DNA of 64,000 nucleotides from Candidatus Fermentibacterota bacterium. GTDB taxonomy: Bacteria > Fermentibacterota > Fermentibacteria > Fermentibacterales > JCC-6. The position numbers and the translations under genes are program-made. The notes beneath the pieces are model-generated. The model was not told the DNA's origin. It saw only the letters and a program-made list of their open reading frames with translations, and made no database searches. The stretch is from the NCBI GenBank assembly GCA_963845085.1, contig CAWJQI010000001.1, forward strand, positions 128,001 to 192,000, in the 5' to 3' direction. The first letter of the stretch is position 1; every line of letters begins with the position of its first letter. Below, one piece after another: positions 50,804 to 59,860 of this stretch.

Positions 50804-52136
50804 CTAAGATTCGGTCCGGATTTCAAGTATTTGAGTGCCGGGCGCGATCTCATCGAGGTTTTCGGTGTTCAGTATCCTGCCGAAAACAGTGTAGCGTCCC
50901 TCAAGCCTTCCCTGACTGTCCAGCGTGATGAAGAACTGGCTGCCCCCCGTGTCGATGCCGGCATCGGCAATCCCCACGGTTCCCCTTACGTACGGGTGAT
51001 AGGCTTCTCTCCGCAGGCAGCACGTATCCCGGACCGCCGTAGCCGTTCCCCTCGGGACAGCCCGCCTGGGCGACGAACCCCGGAATGACGCGGTGGAACC
51101 TCATCCCATCGTAAAACCCGGTAGAAACAAGGTGAACAAAGCTTTCACAGGCGATGGGAGCGATCCCGGGAAGCAGTTCCATTGAGAATGTTCCGGCGGT
51201 GGTGACGATTTCGACCACCCTGGGGACCTCAACGCCAGTTCCGCCGGTAAACACGGAATCCCTCGGCTCGACGGCCGGCACCAGCGCAAGCATTTCCATG
51301 ATGACTTCCCCAACGAGGGGATATTCGTCGTGCCTGAGAATCGACAGCTGGCCCGGATCGGGCGTCCAGTCCATGCCAGCCAGCGTGATCAGGGCAGCAC
51401 CCCTCCGACCGGGGTCGGGGGACGTGAGAAGGATGTTTTCGAGGAGAGGGACACTGTCGAGCAGTGCGATTGCTGAATTGCCGACGGGACCCTCCAGGTT
51501 GGAGAGGGCAAGCAGGGCTTCGGTGTTGCCGGAGACTACGGCCGCCCCCAGCGCCACTGCGGGAACGGGATCCTGCACACGGAGCGCCGCGGACGAGCTG
51601 TCTGCCTTCTCCACGGCGGCCAGACGCACGGCCCAGCACGGGTCGTCAAGAAAAAGACCGGGCTGTATCCTTGCCGCATAAACCCTCTCGAGCGGCGTCA
51701 TGCCGGTCGGAAACACCGCGCTTCCGCCCACCTCGGCCGCATATCTGAGCAGGGCTGCGGATGAGGAACAAAGGGCGCCAGGGTTGTCGAGCAGGACTCC
51801 CGACCTTCCGAACACCTCGAGGGCAAGCCTCCCCGTGGAATCGGGGATGCCGCCTTCGAACGCGAGCACGAGTTCCGTGAGCTCATCGATCAATTCGGGC
51901 GCCCTCCCCTCGCTCTGGAGGACAAGCTGTCTTCTCAGGGCGGCATGAAGAAGGGCCGGATTGTTCCTGACCTGCTCAGGCGAAGGCAGTACTGTCGGCT
52001 CGCCGAACTCGAGCAGCGCTGGGGAAGCCGGATCGGAAAGAAGCGGTTCACCGGCCAAGCGCGCAGCAAAGGCATTTTCACGGGAGAAACCGGAAATCCC
52101 CGGCAGCATCGTGAGAACGATCATGACGGTGATCAC
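50804..52136 (-). pseudogene. HEAT-like repeat plus cyclophilin PPIase; +1 frameshift near 50995 (real or assembly error)
   Basis: GFYDG..FHRVIPGFVAQAG.P.G.G.GGPGY; the +1 frame continues PYVRGTVGIADAGIDTGGSQFFITL...LEGRYTVFGRI to TAG at 50804. Confidence 0.85.
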
Positions 52137-52375
52137 TCCCCCTCCTCCTCCAGGGAGTCGATGAGTTCCCTTGCCCTCCGCTCATCCCTCTCCAGCACAA
52201 GAACAAAACCCCAGACGGGTTTGAACGCCATCGCAATGGTGCCGTAGGTCGGTATCTGCCGGCTCTGGATCGCTGATGAAATTCCCTCGCCCTCGAGCAG
52301 CGATTGAACGCTGATCGCCTCGATCTCGCTTCCCGCCTCGAACACCCTGACGAGGTTTTCGTCTTCTCCTGACAT
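52133..52375 (-). CDS. DUF2007-like small protein
   Basis: EA....SLLE.EGI, VLV...D..RARELI. Confidence 0.75.
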   Translation of the reverse strand: MSGEDENLVRVFEAGSEIEAISVQSLLEGEGISSAIQSRQIPTYGTIAMAFKPVWGFVLVLERDERRARELIDSLEEEGE

Positions 52376-52446
52376 GGCTCCCCCTTACTGAGTTCATGGC
52401 GGGTGAAGTATAATCTTTGACGGACAGCATGAAAGGACCCCCGGAT

Positions 52447-53733
52447 TTGACCATACTCGAAGAAACACTCAAAGGCGGCATTCCTGAAGTTGTAAGAAAG
52501 GCCGTTGAAAACGAGCACCTCACCCCGGCAAAGCTCGCCTCCGCGGTGGCACTCGGACATGCCGTGGTCCCCGCCAACCGTCTCCACCCCGTTGCGAAAC
52601 CGTGTGCCATCGGAGGCGGCACCAGAATCAAGGTGAACGCCAACATCGGAAGCTCGCACGACCTCGAGTCCCTTGAGCAGGAGATGGTGAAGCTCCAAAC
52701 AGCCGTTGCATGCGGAGCCGACACCGTCATGGACCTTTCCACCGGCCCTGCCTGGCGTGACATCCTCTCCCACGTCCTCAAAAAAAGCCCGGTGCCCGTC
52801 GGAACCGTTCCGCTCTACCAGGTTTTCGGAGAGGTGCTGGAAGGGGGCGGCGAGGTCTCAGACGTATCGCCCGACGGGATTTTCAAAGCCGTTGAGGCCC
52901 ACTGCAAGGCCGGTGTCGATTACCTCACCCTTCACTGCGGCGTCACAATGCGCTCCGTGGCCCTTTTGAAAAGCCGCGGCCGCAGGATGGGCATTGTTTC
53001 CAGGGGCGGATCACTGATGGCGGAGTGGATGGAGAAACGGCACGAGGAGAACCCCCTGTACTCGGGCTTCAACCGACTGATCGACATTCTGCACGAATAC
53101 GACGCAGTCTTCTCGCTTGGCGACGGCCTTCGACCGGGATGCATCTCCGATGCGGGCGACACGGCCCAGATGGAGGAACTCGTCACCCTGGGCGAACTGC
53201 AGCAGAGGGCCACTGCGGCGGGAGTGCAGGTGATGATCGAAGGGCCGGGGCACGTGCCCCTGCACCGGATAGCCGAGAACATCAGTATCCAGAAGACCAT
53301 CTGCAACGGGGCGCCCTTTTATGTACTGGGACCGATCGTGACCGACATCGCCCCGGGCTACGACCACATCACAAGCGCCATCGGGGGCGCCATTGCCGCC
53401 ATGAACGGCGCCGACTTCCTCTGTTACGTCACCCCGGCGGAACACCTGCGGCTCCCCGACGCAAGCGACGTCAGGACCGGCGTCATCGCCGCCAGGATCG
53501 CCGCCCATGCGGCCGACCTCGCCAGGGGCATTCCCGGCGCCCGGGATTGGGACGACGAAATGGCCGATGCCAGGGCCGCCTTCAACTGGGAAAGGCAGTT
53601 CGAACTCTGCATCGACCCGCAGACAGCAAGAAGGATGAGGGGAGAAGCCCTTCCCGAAGACGGAGACGTGTGCTCGATGTGCGGGCACCTCTGCGCCCTC
53701 AAGACAAGCAGGCGGACGCTTGGAAAAGGCTAG
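52447..53733 (+). CDS. thiC: ThiC-family radical SAM enzyme, short form (HMP-P synthase; BzaF-like not excluded)
   Basis: KVNANIG.S, MDLSTG, GTVP.YQ, SRGGS, SLGDGLRPG, EGPGH, GYDHI, CYVTPAEHL, CSMCG..C; TTG start after AAAGGA. Confidence 0.88.
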   Translation: MTILEETLKGGIPEVVRKAVENEHLTPAKLASAVALGHAVVPANRLHPVAKPCAIGGGTRIKVNANIGSSHDLESLEQEMVKLQTAVACGADTVMDLSTGPAWRDILSHVLKKSPVPVGTVPLYQVFGEVLEGGGEVSDVSPDGIFKAVEAHCKAGVDYLTLHCGVTMRSVALLKSRGRRMGIVSRGGSLMAEWMEKRHEENPLYSGFNRLIDILHEYDAVFSLGDGLRPGCISDAGDTAQMEELVTLGELQQRATAAGVQVMIEGPGHVPLHRIAENISIQKTICNGAPFYVLGPIVTDIAPGYDHITSAIGGAIAAMNGADFLCYVTPAEHLRLPDASDVRTGVIAARIAAHAADLARGIPGARDWDDEMADARAAFNWERQFELCIDPQTARRMRGEALPEDGDVCSMCGHLCALKTSRRTLGKG

Positions 53734-54947
53734 AACGAGTACTTGTCAAGCATGAACACGGTTGACGGGACCACCGGCAGTTCCTGCCTCACACGGTAAA
53801 GGAAGAACTCGTCGGGATCCCAGCCCAGGTTCCTGAAAACCTCTGAGAGCATCTCGCCGTAATCGGACACGAGCGGCGTGTATGTTCCATCGAGGCCGTT
53901 GCCCCGCAGTGAAATCGTAGTCTCAACGGGAAGCCGGTCGCACTTGAAACGGCGGGACAGAGGGCCGCTTCTGCCGTTGAAGTCGCCCATCACCTCGACC
54001 CTGGGCTCCTGTGCGAGCGGGAGGCTCTCATGAACGAACTGGTCGAACACAAGGTTCTGAACGGGTGTGTACACGCTTATGAAGACCTCGTGGCTTTTGT
54101 CCCCTGCGGGTATGTCCGAAATGCGGAAGACATTCCGTGTGACCGTCCCGGTTACCGAATCCATGAGGGTCGTGTTCCCGACCGGTCCCTCGACCAGCTC
54201 GTAGGTCGGGCCGCAGGCGCTGCGCGTGATGGCCTTCACCTCGGGAAGCGGATCGCTGCAGTAATTGAGAAGGAACGGCACGCTGCGTTCAAGGTCGGTT
54301 CCCGCCTCGGGATCGATCGGCTCGGCGGGCAGCGGCTCGCCCGTGGACGAGCTGAGGCACTCGCTGTGAACTATCCAGCGGGTTGATCGGCGATTCCTTC
54401 GTATCTTGTAAAGACCTTTCAGAACTGCGATGCTGAAGGCGCCGTCTTTTCCGGGGCCGAATATCCATGTGTTGAGCTGTGTTTCAGCCTGAAGGCCCAG
54501 CATGTGGCTCTGGTTCTGGTAGAGGTTCTTCTGCAGCGTCTTGTAAGCCTGCTGCCTGCCAGTGTCGCTGCTGGTCATGAGCATCAGGTCGAGTGACTGC
54601 CTGTCGCCGGAGTGAACGTCGACAAGACCGTAAAACTCCTCGACGGCCTTCATCGCATCATCAAGAAGGTCCTGCGGAACTCCCTTTGAACGGCAGCTCT
54701 TCAGGAACCTGCTGAAGGACTGCTTGCCTGGAATGAACTGGGCCGCAAAGAAGATGTCGTCCTCGTGGACGATTCTGAAGATCCTCCATCCCAGCTTCTT
54801 GTCAAGATTGAGGACCTGGTAGACATCGTGGGGGTTCTCGATGTACGCCGGGAGGGCGTCCATCAGAGCGCCGATACGCCGTTTCACCTCGAGCACGGTC
54901 TTTCTGACATCGTCTTCAAAACAACCGCTGAAGCTGTTCATTGCCAT
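53730..54947 (-). CDS. Hypothetical 405-aa cytoplasmic protein with possible N-terminal HTH
   Basis: Long ORF with GGGAG RBS; NPHDVYQVLNLDKKLGWRIF resembles an HTH; no family recognised. Confidence 0.75.
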   Translation of the reverse strand: MAMNSFSGCFEDDVRKTVLEVKRRIGALMDALPAYIENPHDVYQVLNLDKKLGWRIFRIVHEDDIFFAAQFIPGKQSFSRFLKSCRSKGVPQDLLDDAMKAVEEFYGLVDVHSGDRQSLDLMLMTSSDTGRQQAYKTLQKNLYQNQSHMLGLQAETQLNTWIFGPGKDGAFSIAVLKGLYKIRRNRRSTRWIVHSECLSSSTGEPLPAEPIDPEAGTDLERSVPFLLNYCSDPLPEVKAITRSACGPTYELVEGPVGNTTLMDSVTGTVTRNVFRISDIPAGDKSHEVFISVYTPVQNLVFDQFVHESLPLAQEPRVEVMGDFNGRSGPLSRRFKCDRLPVETTISLRGNGLDGTYTPLVSDYGEMLSEVFRNLGWDPDEFFLYRVRQELPVVPSTVFMLDKYSF

Positions 54948-55053
54948 CTCCCGTGGATAATATGTGCATTACATTTATACGATGATTATAACACACAAGG
55001 AATGCTGCTGATAGTGTCAGGAAACGTTCACCGCAGGGAACTGAACAGCCCTG

Positions 55054-55704
55054 CTACATCCTGTCAAGAAGCAGGCTGCTGAACAGGTCCTCCTGCCTTG
55101 TCGTTATCACATCAAGGTCGGAGCGTGTACCCTGCAGGAATATCTTCTCGTCCGCGAGCACCCTGTTGACCTGGGCGTCTGCAAGGGTGAAACCCCTCCT
55201 GAACTCACGGGTCGTCCAGAAGGCGATGACCAGCTTTCGCCCGGTCTGCGCCAGAAATGCCTTCGAGCACTCCGAAAGTTTCGCGCATCGTGAATCGCCG
55301 ATCACAACAAGCCTGATAGGCGTTTCGTCGGTTGCGGTTCCCGCTGCGTACTCGCCGTGGATGAAAACGATCCCGAGTTCGGCGCTTATCGGCTCGATAA
55401 GCGAACCGAGGGCATCGACAAGGCCGGTGGTCTTCGAGAAAATGGATAGAAGCTCCCTGTAGATCAGACAATCGCGGTTGACCCTGAAGTGAACCTGGTT
55501 CCCGCGACGGACCCTCAGCACTATCCCCGCGCGCGAAAGCCTCGCAAGCTCCCTCTGAACAGCCCCCCTGCCGCATTGAAGGATTCGGATAAGCTCAAGA
55601 ACGTAGAATGAACGGTCGGGGTGAAGCATGAACGTTGATAGTATCTGCCTCCGAACCTTTCCAAAAAGGCACTCGCCAAGCAGTTCGTTTGGGTTGATAC
55701 TCAT
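55054..55704 (-). CDS. ArsR-like wHTH fused to a degenerate minimal nucleotidyltransferase domain (alternative start 55719)
   Basis: LFGKVR..IL..F...P.RSFY..EL......G.GAVQREL.RL..AG.....RGNQ; NTase region IFxxGEYAAG......PIRLVVIG. Confidence 0.82.
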   Translation of the reverse strand: MSINPNELLGECLFGKVRRQILSTFMLHPDRSFYVLELIRILQCGRGAVQRELARLSRAGIVLRVRRGNQVHFRVNRDCLIYRELLSIFSKTTGLVDALGSLIEPISAELGIVFIHGEYAAGTATDETPIRLVVIGDSRCAKLSECSKAFLAQTGRKLVIAFWTTREFRRGFTLADAQVNRVLADEKIFLQGTRSDLDVITTRQEDLFSSLLLDRM

Positions 55705-55739
55705 TGAGGGTACATTCATACTTTTTTAGGGTATGTCAA
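55698..55739 (-). promoter_or_regulatory. -35 box with two operator-like boxes overlapping the start of the HTH-NTase gene
   Basis: Minus strand: TTGACA-TACCCTAAAAAAGTA-tgaatg-TACCCTCAATGAGTA; boxes 21 bp apart. Confidence 0.6.
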
Positions 55740-55804
55740 GTTTTTGTGGAACTGTCTTTACGTAGAAGGTATATTCGGATCGGATCATACCCGAAAGGAA
55801 AACC

Positions 55805-57301
55805 ATGAAATCTCTTGTGGCGGTTCTTCTGCTTCTGGCATCGGTTTCATTCACCAATGGCCTTGTCCTTGTTGAAAACGACATCCGTGACATCCTTCCA
55901 ATCGGAACCGATGTAACGGTGTACTTCGTGGGGGACGACTGGTTCATAGCGGAAGCCCCCGACACCTGGGGCACTGCGCTCGCAGAGTCCGCAGAAGGCC
56001 TTTACGTTGCGCATCTTGCCGATCCCGATGCGGCCGTTCCCGGTACCGTAATCTTTTCCCGCGACGGCGTTGCCATCTTCGAAGCCGCCATGCCCCTGCC
56101 TCTCTCGGCACACGAGGGCATCCGTCTCATCACGCCGCTGCGCCCATACGACGCGCGCGCCTTTCTCACCCCCTCCGCCCTGCCGTTTGGCCAAAACCGC
56201 GACCTGATCAGCGATATCATAGACCAGCTTCAGGAGGACAGCCTGAAGAGCCACATCCAGAACCTTCAGGATTTTGAGACCAGGCTCTGCATAACCCCGC
56301 AATTCTTTGAGAGCGCTCTCTGGGTGGCGGACAAGTTCGAATCGTACGGCCTCGAGTCGGTAGAAGTCGACACGTTCGACTTCACCTTCTACGGTGAGGA
56401 GTACGAGTCGGCCAACGTTCAGGCGGAGCTTCCCGGAACCCTCGACGAGCCGGGCATCGTACTGATAACCGGCCACCTCGACGCCATCACCAACGGCTCG
56501 CCGTACACTTTCGCCCCCGGCGCCGACGACAACGCAAGCGGCTGCGCGACCGTGCTTGAGGCGGCCCGCATCATGAGCCAGTACGAATTCCCCAATACGG
56601 TCCGGTTCGTCTGCTTCGGAGCCGAGGAACTGGGGCTGATCGGCAGCGAGTACTACGCTGAAAACGCCTTCAACGCGGGCGAGAACATCGTTGCCGTCAT
56701 GAACCTCGACATGATCCTTTACGGCCCTGAAACGAACCGCGCCCTCTTCGTCCCCTACGACTCCCAGTCCGAGTTCATCTCCACGATGTTCGAAGAAGCT
56801 GCGGCAACCTACGTCCCCGAGCTCGACGTGAACGTCGTGTACTCCCCGGGAACCACGTACAGCGACCACGCCTCGTTCTGGCAGAAGGGCTACGCAGCTC
56901 TCCTGGGCATCGAGGCCGCAATCGACGACAACCCCCATTACCACCAGGACTCAGACATACTTGCAAACTACGAGGAGTACTGGCCCTTCGGAACGCTCTG
57001 TGCAAAAGCTTCGCTCGCCTTCACAGCCCTTGCCGCCAGCACCGACTGGCTCGGCATCGAAGGCTCGGTCCCGCCGGTCCCGGTCATCACCGTTTTCCCG
57101 AATCCCGCTTCGACGACTCTCGGGATCATGATGGGTTCGGCCTCACCTTCCTCGGTGAGCCTCTACGACCTGTCCGGAAGGCTCGTCCTCACCGGAGCGG
57201 GCGGCAACCTTGACGTCTCGGCCCTCACTTCGGGAGTCTACCTTCTCAGGGCCGGAATTGACGGTGATGTCCAGTCGGCACGGGTCGTGATCTCCCGATA
57301 G
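55805..57301 (+). CDS. M28 family aminopeptidase with T9SS CTD
   Basis: GHLD, PGADDNASG, AEELGL.GS, NLDM, SDHASF, HYH; CTD FPNP..YDLSGR..SGVYL. Confidence 0.9.
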   Translation: MKSLVAVLLLLASVSFTNGLVLVENDIRDILPIGTDVTVYFVGDDWFIAEAPDTWGTALAESAEGLYVAHLADPDAAVPGTVIFSRDGVAIFEAAMPLPLSAHEGIRLITPLRPYDARAFLTPSALPFGQNRDLISDIIDQLQEDSLKSHIQNLQDFETRLCITPQFFESALWVADKFESYGLESVEVDTFDFTFYGEEYESANVQAELPGTLDEPGIVLITGHLDAITNGSPYTFAPGADDNASGCATVLEAARIMSQYEFPNTVRFVCFGAEELGLIGSEYYAENAFNAGENIVAVMNLDMILYGPETNRALFVPYDSQSEFISTMFEEAAATYVPELDVNVVYSPGTTYSDHASFWQKGYAALLGIEAAIDDNPHYHQDSDILANYEEYWPFGTLCAKASLAFTALAASTDWLGIEGSVPPVPVITVFPNPASTTLGIMMGSASPSSVSLYDLSGRLVLTGAGGNLDVSALTSGVYLLRAGIDGDVQSARVVISR

Positions 57302-57458
57302 GCCCGCATCCCGGGAATACCTGAAACCATTCCGCACCGTCGGGGAAGGACGCGGAGTGGTGCATCGTGACGCCAGTGCGATCCTTCGGGCACGCCGCAG
57401 CATGTTCCAACGATGGTGATCGTGGGATCACGCGGGGGATGCCTGAGGGAAAGTGACC

Positions 57459-57914
57459 TCAGTCGGCGAAGATCACCTTTTTGGGGTTGTCGGGGTCTAC
57501 CCTGACCTCGTGCGAGCTGCCCACCCCGTAGGATGCAAGGTTCAGCATGGAGATGACTTCACTGTGCTCGACCTGGTACACCCCATGGGCATCGGTGGCC
57601 ACTTCGAGAAGGAACTTGATCTTGGGCATGTTGTTTATGTAGGTGCCCGTCTCGGAGGCGTTAACCACCTTCGCGGTTCCGTGCATCCAGGTTTCGAGGA
57701 TGTTCCTCCTTCTGGCCTGCATGCCGTTGATTACCAGGATGAGCGCGAGGTCCGACACCAGCCAGAAAGCGCCGAAAGCCCAGAGGAATATCCTCAGAGG
57801 ATGGCCGTCGTCGGTCTCGGCCGCGGGACTGACAAGAAAGCCGGCCACGATCATTCCCACACCCATGAGTATGAAGACCTTGAAAACGCTCCAGTTGATT
57901 CCCCAGACCGCCAT
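57459..57914 (-). CDS. Membrane protein, 2 TM plus OB-like domain (DUF3592-like)
   Basis: ETGTYINN.P, VRVDP.NP.KV; GGGGAG RBS. Confidence 0.7.
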   Translation of the reverse strand: MAVWGINWSVFKVFILMGVGMIVAGFLVSPAAETDDGHPLRIFLWAFGAFWLVSDLALILVINGMQARRRNILETWMHGTAKVVNASETGTYINNMPKIKFLLEVATDAHGVYQVEHSEVISMLNLASYGVGSSHEVRVDPDNPKKVIFAD

Positions 57915-58051
57915 GTCAGCTCCCCCTTTGATCTGCAGTCAACCCCGGAGGGAAGATACATTAAAAACAGCAGAGGATAAAGGCCGTCAGGCAAACCGGA
58001 GTGCCGATGGCGTTCTGTTCGGCAATATTCCCGAAGCCGGAAGGTGGACTG

Positions 58052-58831
58052 ATGCAAAAGGCCCTTTTGATGATCATAGCGATGGGCGCCTTCTCGATCT
58101 GTTCGGGCCGGGCCTTTCCCTATCAACTGGACTGGACCGTCGACGGACCCGTTACCGCCTCCTGCGCCGCGCTTTGCGTCTCCGGTCTCCTGGCGGGGTC
58201 GGACGACGGCGGCGAACCATGGAACGGCGAAACCCCTGAATCATCGGATGTGAACAGCTTCGACCGCTGGGCCATGAACCCCTACGCAGCAGGGTCCGAT
58301 CATGCCGGAACGGCCCTTTCCATGGCCGCGATGGCGGCACCGGCCGCCCTCGCCTCTGCAGATTCAGGCGACTGGGCCACGATCGCCGTGATGTACGCAG
58401 AATCCGTACTTCTCACCACGGGAATCAAGAACACGCTGAAGGGGCTTGTGGAAAGGGAACGCCCGTACATGTACTTCGACGACCCCTGCGAGTCCGAGCT
58501 GGCCAGCGGCGACTACATGCGCTCATTCCCCTCCGGTCACACCGCATATGCCTTTAACGGCGCCGTATTCACCTCATGCGTTTTCTCGCGATGCTTCCCC
58601 GATTCTCCCTGGAAGGTGCCGGTCATCGCCGGTTCCATGGGCGTGGCGGCAGCCACGGGCGTGTTGAGAATGGAAAGCGGAAGCCATTTCCTGTCGGATG
58701 TGCTGGCCGGGGCCGCCATAGGCGGGCTTTCCGGCTGGGTGATACCCTGGCTGCACGAGCGGGAAGGCTCCCCGGAAGCACTTTCTGTTACTCCGCTCCC
58801 CTGCGGGGGGATGGTCACGGTCCGTTTCTAG
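58052..58831 (+). CDS. PAP2-family phosphatase
   Basis: K.LV.RERP, SFPSGHT, R..SG.HF.SDV. Confidence 0.88.
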   Translation: MQKALLMIIAMGAFSICSGRAFPYQLDWTVDGPVTASCAALCVSGLLAGSDDGGEPWNGETPESSDVNSFDRWAMNPYAAGSDHAGTALSMAAMAAPAALASADSGDWATIAVMYAESVLLTTGIKNTLKGLVERERPYMYFDDPCESELASGDYMRSFPSGHTAYAFNGAVFTSCVFSRCFPDSPWKVPVIAGSMGVAAATGVLRMESGSHFLSDVLAGAAIGGLSGWVIPWLHEREGSPEALSVTPLPCGGMVTVRF

Positions 58832-58842
58832 CCGGAGGCGCC

Positions 58843-58881
58843 TTGACACAACTGTACCACTGTAATGGTATTGTGGTACAG
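58843..58881 (+). promoter_or_regulatory. Promoter with palindromic operator of GntR/YtrA type
   Basis: TTGACA followed by CTGTACCAC-N12-GTGGTACAG. Confidence 0.65.
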
Positions 58882-58896
58882 CAGGAGGTCAGGAGC

Positions 58897-59121
58897 GTGT
58901 TCTCAAAAAAAGGCACGAATGTTTTCCGAACTGCGGCCGAGTTCGTGGCCCGGTCAGTGGAACTCGGTCTGACCCCGAATGAGATCCAGGCCAAACGGAG
59001 CCGGCAAATCCATGGTGCTGCGCGTTCTTGCGGGGGCTCTCGCCCCGACACGGGGAACGGTCGATTACGGCTGGCCAGGCTTATGGAAAAAGCCCGCAAA
59101 GAAGTGAGGGAAAGCCGATGA
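58897..59121 (+). pseudogene. Relic of a GntR(YtrA)-ABC ATPase operon
   Basis: One frame EFVARSVELGLTPNEI (YtrA C-terminal helix-like); another frame from 58991 PNGAGKSMVLRVLAG.LAP..GTV (ABC Walker A region), stop at 59107. Confidence 0.55.
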
Positions 59122-59192
59122 GGACATCCCCGCTGCTTCTTGCGCTGTTTCTGATCACATGCAGATGCAGTGTGGGAAGCCGTGGGGATTTG

Positions 59193-59240
59193 ATTTCATT
59201 GCGGAAACTTAACGATTTTGTTATGTTACTGCCATGAAAT
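59193..59240 (+). promoter_or_regulatory. AbiEi-type inverted-repeat operator overlapping the start codon
   Basis: ATTTCATTGCGGAAACTTAAC vs reverse complement of GTTATGTTACTGCCATGAAAT (17/21), 6-bp spacer. Confidence 0.7.
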
Positions 59241-59860
59241 TTACTGAGCTGATTGCGATCGTGGGAGATGAACCGGTTTTCAGCACCGGTCACCTTCTCG
59301 TCGGCGACGTTTCACCGCAGGGCATCCGCGCCCAGCTCTCCCGCTGGGCGAGCGAGGGGCGGCTGATCATGCTGCGCCGCGGGCTTTACACCTTCGCCCC
59401 CCCGTACCGCACGAAAACCCCGTCTCCCTTCGTGGTGGCGAACGCCCTGTCGCCCGGGTCCTATGTGAGCTGTCAGTCTGCGCTTTCCTGGCATGGCGTG
59501 ATCCCCGAGGGGGTGAAATCGGTCACTTCGGTCACCCCGGGCCGTCCGGGAATTTACACCAATCCACTTGGCACATTCATCCAGCGCCACATGAAACCCG
59601 ATCTGCTCTGGGGTTTCGAGAGCGCTCCGATGCCCTGGGGGGGAAGCGCCAGGATGGCCCTGCCGGAAAAGGCGCTTCTCGATCTGCTGTATCTGGAGCA
59701 CGGAGGCGGTTCACCGGAGTACATCAGACAACTCCGCCTTTCCGGGCAGGGTGGGCTTTCCGCAGCACTCCTTCGGCAGTTCGCAAGGCGATGGGGCAGC
59801 CCGGGCATGCTTGCGGCCGCCGAAAAAGTGATCGATGAGCTGGAATGGAGCGGGCAATGA
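59234..59860 (+). CDS. abiEi: Type IV TA antitoxin, AbiEi-like
   Basis: wHTH QLSRW...G.L..LRRGLY; SYVS..SAL..HG.IPE; A.PEKALLD.LY. Confidence 0.85.
   Translation: MKFTELIAIVGDEPVFSTGHLLVGDVSPQGIRAQLSRWASEGRLIMLRRGLYTFAPPYRTKTPSPFVVANALSPGSYVSCQSALSWHGVIPEGVKSVTSVTPGRPGIYTNPLGTFIQRHMKPDLLWGFESAPMPWGGSARMALPEKALLDLLYLEHGGGSPEYIRQLRLSGQGGLSAALLRQFARRWGSPGMLAAAEKVIDELEWSGQ

Noticed and set aside
54953..54961. DnaA-box-like sequences (also near 32304)
   Set aside because: Isolated imperfect matches, no cluster and no dnaA/dnaN context
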